Shown: one piece after another, positions 39,640-51,171 of the stretch
Position numbering within the stretch: the stretch's first letter is position 1
Layout: each line of letters begins with the position of its first letter
Assembly (NCBI RefSeq): GCF_009834535.1
Contig: NC_045696.1
Location: forward strand, 75,022,001 to 75,086,000
From: Camelus ferus
Lineage: Eukaryota
Direction: 5' to 3'
Length of the DNA: 64,000 nucleotides
Notes under the pieces: generated by a model
Told to the model about the DNA's origin: nothing
Databases searched by the model: none
Seen by the model: the letters and a program-made list of their open reading frames with translations, nothing else
Position numbers and translations under genes: made by a program

Positions 39640-41150
39640 GGAAAAAAACAACTTCGAGTGTAAGGGTGGGAGGAGAACTGCGGGGTGAGGGGAGCGGTTT
39701 TCCTTCCATGCCCCAGCCGGGCGATTTAAACCCAGCAAGCGCAGGGTCGCCGGGCTGGTGGGGCTGGAGTCCTTGGGCGTGACAGCCCCTCAGGAACTGC
39801 TCGCGGCTCGGCGCCGGGATCCCTGACGCCGCGGAGATCGCGGGCCGGGTGGGTGTGCAAGGGCGCGGGGGACCGAGCCACTGAGCCGCCGGGGCGGCGG
39901 CCCTGGGCGCACTTCCTCACTCTCCAGCCGCCCCATCCCCAAAAATGGGAGAGGAAGGAAACCAGGAGCAAGGCGGCGGCCAGAGGGAGAAAAGAAGGAG
40001 CGGCGAGCCTTCGCCTCTGCATCTGGGTGAGGCCAGCAGCAGGCGAGGGAGAGGGAGCGGCGATCGCAGGCGAACTCCGCTGCGGGCCGATGCCGCGAGA
40101 GACGACCGGGGGGCAGCCCCCGCCCGAGACGGCGGACGCGCCCGAGAGTCCCCGGCACCCACCCGGCCCCATCCCGACCGCGCCCGCTCCCGCTCCCGGC
40201 CAGTCTGCGCTCTACTCACGCTCGGGGCTCCTCCAGGCTCCGCGGCTCTAACTGCATCGGGTCCCAGCCCCGCGGGCGGCGGCGGCGGCGCCGAGGGAGA
40301 GGAGAGCGGGCGGCACGGCCCCCGCCTCCCGGCCCCTCTCCCCCGCCGCTCCGGAGTTGCCCGGCCGGGCCCGAGCCCTGCCTCGCCGGCGGCCCCAGCC
40401 CCAGTGGCCGCGGCGGCAGCAGCCCGAGACCTCAGCGGCCGCAGCGGCGGCACCGGAACTGCCGCTTTCTCCTCCTAGCTGCTCTCCTCGCTAGCCCCCG
40501 CCACACGCCCCCGCCCCCGTCTCCTTTCTCTGTCACCCTTGTTTTTTTTTTTTCCTTTTGTTTCCAGAATAAACTTTATTGGTCTCTTTTTCCGCTCACA
40601 TCGTGTAAACAAACAACGAACTCTTCCCCACCCCCTCGACTCCCCCCTCCTCGGGCAGAGGAGGGTAAGAGCTGAGGAGGGGCCGAGCCTACTATGCTCC
40701 GGAAGCAGATGCATAAAGGAGGGGAAGTGAAATTCCAGAGACCAGGAGGGGGAAGTGGGCAAATCGGGTTACAGTGTGCCATTGCGCCTGCGCTTAACTT
40801 TTCTGCCCGAAGTTCTGGTGGCGTTGGGGTGTTTTCCTGCTGGGCGTGTGTTTAATACTGTTGTCTTTTGCAGTGGTTAGGCTGTGTGTCATCGTAGGGC
40901 TGCATATGTGTAGTATATCTGTTTCTACAAGCAGCAGGCGGGCTAGAGTAGAGATACAGAAAGGAGTATTGGGAACAAGTGAGTCCATTCACTTTTGCGC
41001 CCATTAAGGAAATGAGATTTCCTCTCGTGGGGAGAGAGAAGGGGGCGCGGTGGCTAACCACGGCTGTCAGCGGCTAACCAGAAGTGGATATCGGTACTAG
41101 AAAGAAGGCATTTTACGAAACTTTGTTGCGCGTCCTGCCAACGTAAGTGT
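39640..41150. promoter_or_regulatory. PIK3CA: CpG island / TATA-less PIK3CA promoter
   Basis: Abrupt switch to GC- and CpG-rich sequence. GC box CCCCGCCCC 40509-40517, ETS cores CCGGAA 40453-40458 and 40699-40704, forkhead motif TGTAAACA 40604-40611, NRF1-like TGCGCCTGCGC 40783-40793. Confidence 0.9.
40220..40460 (-). other. PIK3CA: PIK3CA non-coding exon 1 (5'UTR)
   Basis: Minus strand reads AGTTCCGGTGCCGCCGCTGCGGCCGCTGAGGT...CTCCCTCGGCGCCGCCGCCGCCGCCCGCGGGGCTGGGACCCGATGCAGTTAGAGCCGCGGAGCCTGGAGGAGCCCCGAGC|GTGAGT. This closely matches the human PIK3CA first exon as I recall it. Canonical donor at 40219-40214, inside a CpG island. The 5' boundary is inferred from the human transcript start. 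Confidence 0.92.
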
Positions 41151-42005
41151 TAAGTTGTAGCCCATCCCGAAAGAGGAATACACTGCCACAGCCCTCTGCA
41201 ATCCTTTGACTCACTCGGGGAGACGTTTTGCAATGTCCTTTTTTTCAGATTTGAATCAGCTTGTAGGATTCAATTCTGACTATTCAGAATACGTACTTTT
41301 TTCGCGTCTTTGCCACAGAGACTTCAAAAAAGCCATTTTGGCTGCAAATTAGATTCAAAGTGGTGCTTGGTACTGCGTACCATAGAAGCCTGTTTTTGCT
41401 TGAGAGTAATGGGATCTTGTTGCCTTTGGGGATCACTACTGGTAAGAGTCGGATTTTCTGCGTGTTTCTCCCCCTAGTGGTCCTTCATTGTAGTGGAAAG
41501 GCGTAGAAACAATGATTCTTAGAAGTTTGCCATACAAGTCCTAAAACTAGGGCTTTCACTTGGATTTTTAGAGAGTAAAGGGCTTGGAGGTGACCCACCC
41601 TAGAGATGTTACAACTTGTCATCCAGAGCAAAAAGCTCACCAATAACCAGTTTTTGCTCAAATACCACAAGCCTACACCCAATCGTAAGTGAATGTATGA
41701 TTGTTCAGTGGTGCAGGGTTAGCATTTACTGCCCAATTCACAGTTGATGTATTTGGTTTATTTGGTGACTATTGATCTATTATGTTTTATCTTGCTTCCA
41801 AAGGTGTTTGCACTATTATTCAGTATTTAGTGTATGTTAAGACATCTATATGACAAAACCCATTGCTCAAGTTCCTGCAACTGAAAAAAGAATGTTTTAA
41901 AGGAAAAACTGAAATAGTGATTCTTAGACTGTTAATCAAATAAAAATGGAACACTTCAGAATTAAAGAATTATTTTCTAAAGTCAGGAGGTGAAATGTCC
42001 AAGAC

Positions 42006-42078
42006 ATTCTATTCTATTACTATTCTATTCTATTATTCTATTCTATTCTATTCTATTCTATTCTATCATTCTATTCTA
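42006..42078 (+). repeat. (ATTCT)n pentanucleotide microsatellite
   Basis: Imperfect ATTCT tandem array. Confidence 0.92.
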
Positions 42079-42319
42079 ACACATTGGAATGATAATAAAA
42101 GTTACTTGCCTTTTGGTTTCATTTCCATTGAAAATAAAGGTAACTGATACACAAATCTGACAGTCAAAACATTCTCTAACACTTAAGTTACTACTAAACT
42201 TTGAAGTCATTTGGAAACAGGAGTCAACTTGCTTACAAAGAAATATACTTTGGATGTATAAAATTGCCAAGTCAAACAGTAAAAACACCGAGTGATAACA
42301 CAAGTGAGCCGTCGTGTAA

Positions 42320-43439
42320 CACGTTAATTTGGTTATGGTCAGAAAACATACTTTTAAGATTTCATTTCTTTTCCATTTGTTAAGGTTTGTTTTGCCCCAG
42401 AATATCTTGGTGAATGTCCTATGTACACCTGTAAGGGAATATTTCATGTGTGTTGCTGAGTGGAATGTTCTATATCAATTATATCAAGTTGGTTGATAAT
42501 TTTAGGTCTTCTGGGGTTTGGGTATAGCTCAGTGCTAGAGCACATACTTGATATGTGTGAGGTCCTGAAATCAATCCCCAGAACCATTAAAAAAAAAAAA
42601 AAAGGTCTTGTATATCCTTACTGATTTTCTCTAGTAATTTTGTTGGTTTCTGGGAGAGGAGCATTGATGTCTCCAACTATAATTGTGAATTTGTCTATTT
42701 TTTTTTCTCTTATGTATATTTTTGCTTTATATGTTTTGACGCTGTATTGTTAGGTGTACATGCACTTAGAATTCTGTTTTTGATGAATTGACTCTTTTTA
42801 TTGTTATGTACTATCTCTCTTTGTCCCTTGTAATATCTGTGTCCTGAAATCTGTTTTTTCTGATATTATGTAGGCATTCTACCTTTCTTTGACTAATATT
42901 TGCATGATATATATTTTCCTATCTTTTATTTATCTGTATTGTTTTATTTAAAATGGGTACTTGTAGACAATACATAGGTCTCTCTTTTTTTAAGTCAATC
43001 TGACAATCTTTTTCTTAATAGCTGTGTTTAGATGATTTACATTTAATGTAATTATTGATATTGTTGCATTTGGGCCTACTATTTTATTATTTATTTTCTG
43101 TTTGTTCCCCATGGTTTTTCTGTTCCTACTTTTCTGCCTTCTTTTAGAATATTTGAATATTTTTAATATTACATTTTAATTTATATATTGTCTTTTGGAT
43201 CTATTTGTATTTTTTAAAATAGTTGCTCTAGGGCTTACAATATATACACGTAAACTTTCATGGTCTGCTGAGTGTGAATATTATATAATTTCAAGTAAAA
43301 TGTGGAAAGACACCTTGCAACCATTTAGGTTCCTCTCTCCCCTACTCACTGACTTCTATTTTATACTTGGTATATGTATTGTATTTATATATATGGAAAC
43401 CCCATCAGACAATTCTGTAATTTTTGCCTTCAACAGTTA
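42320..43439 (-). mobile_element. Old L1 (L1M-type) fragment
   Basis: T-rich antisense L1 motifs (TCAAGTTGGTTGATA, TCTCCAACTATAATTGTGAATTTGTCTATTT, ATTTACATTTAATGTAATTATTGATA). Confidence 0.75.
42513..42602 (+). mobile_element. tRNA-derived SINE (Vic-1-like, short form)
   Basis: GGGTATAGCTCAGTGCTAGAGCACATACTTG...GAGGTCCTGAAATCAATCCCCAG plus poly-A; flanked by AGGTCTT repeats. Confidence 0.85.
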
Positions 43440-43441
43440 TA

Positions 43442-44027
43442 CAGGCATACCTTGTTTTATTGTGCTTCAGTTTATTATACTTCGCAAATATTGCATTTTT
43501 TACAAATTGAAGGTTGGTGGCAATCCTGAGTCAAACAGGTCTATATGGTGCCATATTTTACAATAGCATTTGCTTACTTCATGTCTCTATGTCACATTTT
43601 GGTAATTCTCATGATATTTCAAACTTTTTCACTATTACTATATTTGTTCTCATGATCTGTGATCTGTGATCTTTGATGTTACTACAGTGACCCGCTGAAG
43701 GCTCAGATGATGGTTAGCATTTTCAGCAGTAAAACATTTTAAAATTAAGGTATATGCATTTTCTTTTTTTTAACATTTTTTTATTGAGTTATAGTCATAT
43801 TACAATGTTGTGTCAAATTCCAGTGTAGAGCACAATTTTTCAATTATACATGAGTATGTGCATTTTCTTGACATAATGCTATTGCACATTTAATAGACAA
43901 GTGTAGTAAGAACATATCTTCTGTATGCACTGGGAAACCAAAAAATTTGTTTGACTTGCTTTATTGTGATATTTACTTTATTGAGGTGGTCTGGAACTGA
44001 ACCTGCAGTATCTCCAAGGTATTCCTG
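43442..44027 (+). mobile_element. Internally deleted Tigger1 (Tigger1a-type non-autonomous element)
   Basis: TA|CAGGCATACCTTG...CAAGGTATTCCTG terminal inverted repeats. Its two ends match the two ends of the long Tigger1 at 48795-51171. Confidence 0.88.
43766..43853 (-). mobile_element. Short L1 3'-end insertion inside the deleted Tigger1
   Basis: Poly-T followed by ATTGAGTTATAGTCATATTACAATGTTGTGTCAAATTCCAGTGTAGAGCA. 16-bp TSD GTAT(A/G)TGCATTTTCTT at 43750-43765 and 43854-43869. Confidence 0.85.
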
Positions 44028-44049
44028 TGCATATTTTAGAGAACCTAAG

Positions 44050-44392
44050 GATAATCTCCACTCCCAACTCCTATATTCTCTTGGCTAGCTTGCTCACTTC
44101 TTTTCATTTAAATGTCAAGGTGCATTTCCCTGACCAGCCTTTTAAAAATTACACACACTCTCTCAACCAGGGCTCCTATTATCCCTTCCCAATTTTGTTT
44201 TTCTCCATAGCTCATTACCATCTAACATATTACCTGCTCCTTTGTTTATTATATGTCTCCTTCTACAAGAGTGTAAATTACATGAAGGCAAGGATTTTTA
44301 TTTGTATTATTCACTGCTATGTATGTCTCCAGTTTTCAGAGTAGTGCTTAGCTCAGAGTAGCTACTCAATAAATATGTATTGAATGAACCAA
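44050..44392. mobile_element. L2 3' fragment
   Basis: CATGAAGGCAAGGATTTTTATTTGTATTATTCACTGCT...TACTCAATAAATATGTATTGAATGAA, a typical L2 end. Confidence 0.75.
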
Positions 44393-44755
44393 TGGATTTT
44401 AGTGATATGCCAATCAATAGTCAGGTTATTTTCAATTTTTCCATATTACAAGCAATAATGCTTTGGATATCCTTCTATGGCTCATGTATGAATGCAAATG
44501 TCTAGGTAGTACTGTGCACACATTTTCAATTTTGCTGAATTGCTAAATGCTTTCCCCAGTTGCTATACCAACTTACCATCCTATCAGTTGTGAATTTCCC
44601 CTTATCTTTTGTAACAATTGATCACGTCAGAATTTTTAACTTTTGCTAAGTGATGAGTAAAAACTGACGTTCTATTTTTGTTAATATTATCTGCACTATA
44701 GTCTGTCAGTTTAATCTTCTCTTTGCTGTACCATCTGGAAAGTATTTATTTCAGT

Positions 44756-44919
44756 GTTTTTTTTTTTGTTTGTTTGTTTTGTTTTTTTTTGCAGAGGTCG
44801 GTAATAAGGTTATTTATTTAACTTCTTTTTTTTTTTTTTAATGAATGTACTGGAGATTGAACCCAGGACCTTGTGCATGCTAAGTATGCACTCTACCACT
44901 GAGCTATATTCTCCCTCCT
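44756..44919 (-). mobile_element. tRNA-derived SINE (Vic-1-like)
   Basis: GTACTGGAGATTGAACCCAGGACCTTGTGCATGCTAAGTATGCACTCTACCACTGAGCTATA with T-rich tails. Confidence 0.88.
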
Positions 44920-47900
44920 CATCTGGAATGTTGATCTGATCCCTCTATTGAGTTTTTAGTTTTTATGATAATGTTTTAAAGTTTTCCAGAGCTATTTCTT
45001 GTTCTCTGATTGTTGCTTAAAGAAAAAAACCCAACCTATCCTGTTCTAATATATGGCATCTAATTTCACAACACCAACACAGAAGCCATGTTATATATGT
45101 GATATTGTCCCTTTACCCACTAGTGAGCATAACAATATGCCTGGATGTTTTCTTTTATGTATTTTCTTGCATCTACATTGGGGGTCCTTCCCCCTCAGTT
45201 ACTCCTCACCTCTGTTTTGTTTGTTTGTTTCAGTATTATGTATTAGAGAATATTGTATTCTCTGCATGTATTATGCATTTCCTCAAATGTTTGGTGACCC
45301 AGACTATCCATTTATATTTTAGAATGAGGTGCTAAAAAAGCTGAGTGGCAGGCCTCACAGTAAGATGATTCAGCGGTTAGAATCCCTAGACATTAGTACT
45401 AGATATTACTAAGTAATTGTTCCAGAGCCATTTAATTTCTTTTTAAAAAAGGATCCTCTAGTCTTCTGCTTGTGAGGTATGTGACTGATCCTTGGAATTC
45501 CTAGGATGAAGGAAGGATTCTGGTTTCTCACTACACAAGATTCAGGTTTTTACAATTACTTCTACTCTGCTGTGCCTGTTTGGTTTAAGCAGAGAGACTT
45601 TCTGATTTCAGTTTCTTCAGAGAGGATAGTGATTTGGCTGTGCTGAACTGAGGAGAAGACCTGTCATTCCAGTCATTTTGCACACAAATCGTCTCGCCAA
45701 TTTCTCTGTTTTCATCCCTGCCTCTCATCGATGAGACTTTCATTGAGGATCTGATTCATCCATGTTTGGAGACTGTCAGGGGTTCAGTGAGGTAAATCAA
45801 CATCTTTCTCTTTGATAAGCATCTTAACTTACAGCAACTTCTTCTTTTCTATTATCATCTCTCTATTCTCCATTTTCCAAAAATTTGCTGATGTCATTTG
45901 CCAGCTAGTATCCCGTTGTCCTCCTTCCCCCATGAGTTTGTTCTTTTTCAAGAATCCATTTAATGTCATTTTTAGGTGGGACTTTGGAAAAAGAGGAATT
46001 AAACTTCTGTCAATGTGCTATCCATTTCTGTCTATTTTAATGTATTTATTCTTCTTGATGAACTTATAATCAGTTTCCCATGTTATACATACTCCTCCAT
46101 ACATGGGAATTTATATAGAATTTCATTGAATCTATAGATTAATTTGAGAGGAACTGATATTTCTACGATACCTAATCTTGATTTTGAAGATTCTCTGTTT
46201 ATCCAAGTGTTCTTTAATATATTTCAGTAAATTACTAACAGGTTCTTCTTATAAAGCTTGTATGTTTCCTATAATCATATTGATAGATATTTTATCTTTT
46301 TGATTGCTCTAGGGTATAGACCCCCTACTCCAATTCCCGCATTACATTTCTAATTGATTATAGAAAAGATTTGTATATTTGCCTTGTACTGACCCCTTTG
46401 ATGAACTGCAAGTTCTGAAAAAGTATAGTTGATTATTTTATGTAAATGTGTAAAAATGTAACTTGTAAATGTGTATCATTTTATAACAAGAATATGAAAT
46501 GAAAGCTGTTTTATTAAGCTTGATAAAGTTTGTTCATAAATATTATTTTTTATTTTTATGCAGCCATTAATTTGTGAGACTTTTTTTTCTATTTTCTTTT
46601 TATGCAAAAAAGCATTGTTATGTTAGAAGTTCCTCTTGATGGAGATACTTTTTATTTGAGAAGTAGTCTATGATCAAATAAATTTGAAAAATGCTGTCTT
46701 AAAATACCCCCCAGCACCTCGTATAGTGCCAGACACTTAGCAGTAGGTTCAACAAGAACTTAGTAAACAGATTTATTCAGTCCTTCCAACCATCTTCTTT
46801 CCTTCAGGCTTATTCTCTAAACTCAGACAGATGGGAAACATTTTCTAAAAACTCTTCAAGGTGAATATTACATAACATCCCTGGAAACCCATGTTAGTGT
46901 TTAACAAATCTCAATGTCAGGAAACTTCCTTACCCTAAGGCTATTTTACTGTAGTTTAAGTCATTTCCTTTTATTCTTTCTTTAATGCTATTAGAAAACA
47001 GGTTACCAGTTCTTGTGTATAAATTTGAGAAGAATGTTACATGGAACTAAAATTTAGCTTAAGGTGTACTTTAGAAATTCTTTTTTCCACTTTCTGCCAT
47101 GATTCTATAAAATGAGGTTAATTCTACCACCCACAAAAAACAATGGATTTATGTATAGCACAATATTGGAAAAATATGTCCAACAATTTTAGTGAAAAGC
47201 AATACTTCAGTATGATAATATTTATCTCACTCTCCTCAGAACTCTTAAACCTCACTGGTTTAAGATGGTTTCCTGAACTTGACTAATCTTTAAAAATACC
47301 TGGGGAACTTAGTAGATATAAAGATTTTTAGTCCCCATGCAAATGAATTAAATTTGATTACCAGATAGGTGGTGCTTGGTTACTGTAAGAAAAAATAGAC
47401 CTTTAATCCAGATTCTCAAATTCCCAACTAATTGGAATATCAGGAAGAAGGAACAAAGGAAAGAGGGAATAATTAAATAAATTTTTTTTCCAGAATTGAA
47501 GGACACAAATCCCTAACTTCATAAAAGAGTTTCCCTACTGCCTAGCACAAAGTATAAAAAATGACCCCAACTAAAACATGGTAACACCAGAAATAAAGAG
47601 GAGATCCTAAAAGATTCCAGAGTGGAATTTTTAAATTATAAGTTTCCAAGCGCCGTCTCTGACTTTTTTGTCAACTTTTTTCAAGTTGACTTTTTAATGT
47701 GCATGTTAAATTTTTATTTTGATGGTCTTGCTTTGACTCTATTTATAATTTCCTAGAGCTATTTTTTCCTTCTTGTGTGTTGGTTCAAAGTATTTCCACA
47801 AATTCTTTGATACTTTCATCATAAAGTAGAGCCTAATAACCTTTCCTTTGAGTATAGACTGGGCTTAATGACATGCTTCTAATGAAGGAAAAAGAATGTA

Positions 47901-48794
47901 AGTGATACTGTATGTTCTTTTTTTAGTATTCTGTTCTTGTTTCATAGATGCCCTGTCTTCTGTCATTTCACAGGACATTAGTAATCTTTATTTGTTTAAG
48001 TTTTGTTTTTTTCCCTCACTGCATTGTCTCTAATTCCCTTGAGTTTCATTTTTTTTGGATTCAGGATAGTTGAAAAAAAGTCAAAGAGATGGAAGGGGAT
48101 ACAGGTTCTGGGAGTGAGGTCAGGGAAGAGGAGGAAAACAAAGGCTAAGGTCTGCTACAGGAATCAAGAAAAGTAAAGTGAAAGGAGAAGATTAAATATC
48201 CCTGAAGAGGAAGAGATATATGAATATATTTTAGAGGTGTTTGTTCTTTTGTTCACAATTTCATCAACTATCATCAGTACTCAAGTTCCTTAATCCATAC
48301 CATCTTTGACAAAGATTTCTAATATGTTGTAAGTAAGACATACTCAGTGGTTATTCTACACTGTTTTACTTGAATTTGAATTCTTCTATTCCCAAAACTG
48401 TATGATAGACAAGCCAAGAAGTTATAAGACTGTGCTAAGAAAACTTACATATTGTTTGTATAACAAGTGGATTGAGTGTTGCATTAGTCTGACAGTAGTT
48501 TTCAGACGAAGCTGAAGGTCAGTAGAATCATTGTAGACTCCATTCCTGCTGTCTGTTATTTCGAGTATGTTTTTCAAATGCTAAGAGCCTCTTTTGTAAA
48601 ATGGGCATATTAATGGTACCTACCTGGGGTTGTTATACAGATTTAATGAGATAAATTGCTTAGAATGGTGCCTGGCACAGTGTTGCCTGTCTTTTCTTCT
48701 CCATCTGCTTCACCTTCTCTATTTTCTTCTCCTCTTTATTCTCATTTTTTCCCTTTTCTGCTTCTCCTCCTCCACCTCATATTTCTCCTTAGCA

Positions 48795-51171
48795 TAGGCA
48801 TACCTCATTTTATCACGCTTTGCAGACATTGCTTTTTTTTTTTTTTTTTTTTCCTGATAAATAGAAGGTTTGTGGCAACCGTGTGTCAAGTAAGTCTCTT
48901 GGTGCAATTTTTCTAACAGCATTTGCTCACTCCATGTCTCTTTGTCACATTTTGGCAATTCTTGCAAGATTTCAAACTTTATTATTATTATATTTGTGGT
49001 GGTGATCGATGGTCCATGATCTTTAATGTTATTATTGCAATTGTTTTAGGGTACCATGAATCACACACATATAAGACAGCAAACTTAATGGATAAACGTT
49101 GTATGTGTTCTGACTGTTCCATGGACTGGCTGTTCCCTAGTCTCTCTCCCTCTCGTCAGGCCTGCCTATTCGCTGAGACACAGTAACGTTGAAATTAGGT
49201 CAATTAATAATCCTACAGTGACCGCTAAGTGTTCAAGTGAAAGGAAGAGTTGAACATCTCTCACTCTAAATCAAAAACTCTAAATGATTAGGCTTAGTGA
49301 AAAAGGCATGTCAAAAGTCAAGATAGGCCCAAAGCTAGGCCTTATGTACTAATTAGCCAAGTTGTGAAAAAGTTCTTGAAGGAAATTAGAAGTGCTACTC
49401 CAGTGAGCACATGAATAATAAGAGAGTGAAACAGCCTTTTTGCTTTTATGGAGACAGTTTTAGCAATCTGATACAAGATCAAACCAGCCACAACATTCCA
49501 TCAAGCCAAAGCCTAATCCAGAGCAAGAACCTAACTCTCTTTAATTCTGTGACGGCTGAGAGAGGTGAGGAAGCTGCAGAAGAAAGGTTTGAAGATAGAA
49601 TAGTTTGGTTCATGAGGTTTAAGGAAAGAAGTCATCTCCACAACATAAGAGTACAGGGTGAGGCAGCAAATGCTGATGCAAAAGCTGTAGCAAGTTATCC
49701 AGAAGATCTTGCTAAGATCAAGAAGGTGGCTCCACTAAACAGATTTTCAATGTAGCTAAAACAGCCTTGTATTGGAAGAAGATATCTAGGATTTTCATAA
49801 CTAGAGAGGAGAAGTCACTGCTTGGCTTCAGAGCTTCAAAGGACAGGGTGACTCTTACGAGGGCTATGCAGCTGGTGACTTTAAGTTGAAGCCAAAGCTC
49901 ATTTACCATTCCCCAAAGACTAGGGCCTTTAAGAATGATGCAAAACCTCCTCTGTCTCTGCTGGGACAGCAGGGCCTGGATGACAGCACGTTTGTTTACA
50001 ACGTGGTTTACTGAATATTTTAAGCCCAATTTTGAGATCTGCTGCTCAGAAAAAAAGATTTCTTTCAAAATACTACTGCCCATTGACAATGCACCTGGTC
50101 GCCTAGGAGCTCCAATGGAGATCTCCAATGAGACATATTTTTTCGTGCCTGCTAATAAAACATCCGTTCTATAGCCTGTGGATCAAGGAATAGTTTTGAT
50201 TTTCAAGTTCTATTATTTAAGAAATGCATTTTCTAAATTCTATAGCTGCCATAGATAGTGGTTCCTCTGAAGAGCTGGGCAAAGTAAATTGAAAAGCTCC
50301 TAGAAAGGATTCATCGTTCCAGGTGCCATTAAGAACATCTGTGATTTACAGAAAGAGGTCAAAAAAGCAACATTAATAATAAGAGTTTGGAAAAAGTTGA
50401 TTCCAACCCTTATGGTTGACTTTGAGGGGTTCAAGACTTCAGAGGAGGAATTAACTACAGATGTGGTGAAAATAGCAAGAGAACTAGAATTAGAAGTGGA
50501 GCCTAAAGATGTGACTGAACTTCTGCCATCTCATGATAAAACTTGAATGAATGAGGAGCTGCCTCTTAGGATAAGCAAAGAAAGTGGTTTCTTAAGATGG
50601 AAACTAGTCCTGGTGTAAATGCTGTGAAGATTATTGAAATGACAACAAAGGTTTAGAATATTACATAAATTTCATTGATAAAGTAGTGGCAGGGTCTGAG
50701 AGGACTGATCCCAATTTTGAAAGAAGTTCTACTGTGGGTAAAATGCTATCAAACAACAATGCATGCTACAGAGAAATCATTTTTGAAAAGGATAGTCAAT
50801 AGAGGTGGCAAACTTCACTGTTGTCTTATTTTAAGAAATTGTCACAGCCATCCCAGTCTTCAGCAACCGCCACCCTGATCAGTCAGCCGCCATCAACATC
50901 GAGGCAAGATCCTCCACCAGCAAAAAGATTGACTCACTGAAGGCTCAAATGATGGTTAGCATTTTTTAGCAATAAAGTTTTTAATTAAGATATGTATATT
51001 GCTTTTTTTAGACATAATGGTATTGCACATGTAATAAGCTACAGTATTGTGTAAACCAAACTTTTGTATCTACTGGGAAACCAAAAAAATCAACATAACT
51101 CGCTTTGTTGTGATACTTGCTTTATTGCAGTGGTCAGACACCAAACTTGCGACATCTCCGATGCGTGCCTA
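48795..51171 (+). mobile_element. Near full-length Tigger1 (pogo/TcMar) DNA transposon with a disrupted transposase
   Basis: ~2.4 kb with terminal inverted repeats. ORF fragments [24 protein letters not shown] (49411..49755) and AWMTARLFTTWFTEYFKP...FKILLPIDNAPGRL (49935..50174) are Tigger1/CENP-B-like DDE transposase pieces broken by stops and frameshifts. Confidence 0.95.

Larger units (their letters stand above)
1..40219 (-). other. PIK3CA: PIK3CA intron 1 (partial; coding exon 2 lies beyond the left edge)
   Basis: Starts at the GTGAGT donor after exon 1. No exon-2 sequence encoding MPPRPSSGELW is seen in the window. A very long first intron is known for PIK3CA. Confidence 0.85.

Noticed and set aside
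39597..41061. Overlapping 60-178 aa ORFs on both strands of the CpG island
   Set aside because: Ala/Gly/Pro/Arg-rich frames are expected from stop-codon scarcity in GC-rich DNA; the region is the PIK3CA promoter and 5'UTR.
41052..41080. GGCTAACCA repeated twice, 20 nt apart, in the CpG island
   Set aside because: Too short to assign to a factor without conservation data.
41940..41965. AAAAATGGAACACTTCAGAATT resembling the reverse complement of the U6 3' end
   Set aside because: Only ~22 nt with gaps and no TSD; cannot be distinguished from chance.
49280..50700. Possible domesticated TIGD1-like transposase gene
   Set aside because: Many stops and frameshifts, and both TIRs are retained; it is a decayed Tigger1.
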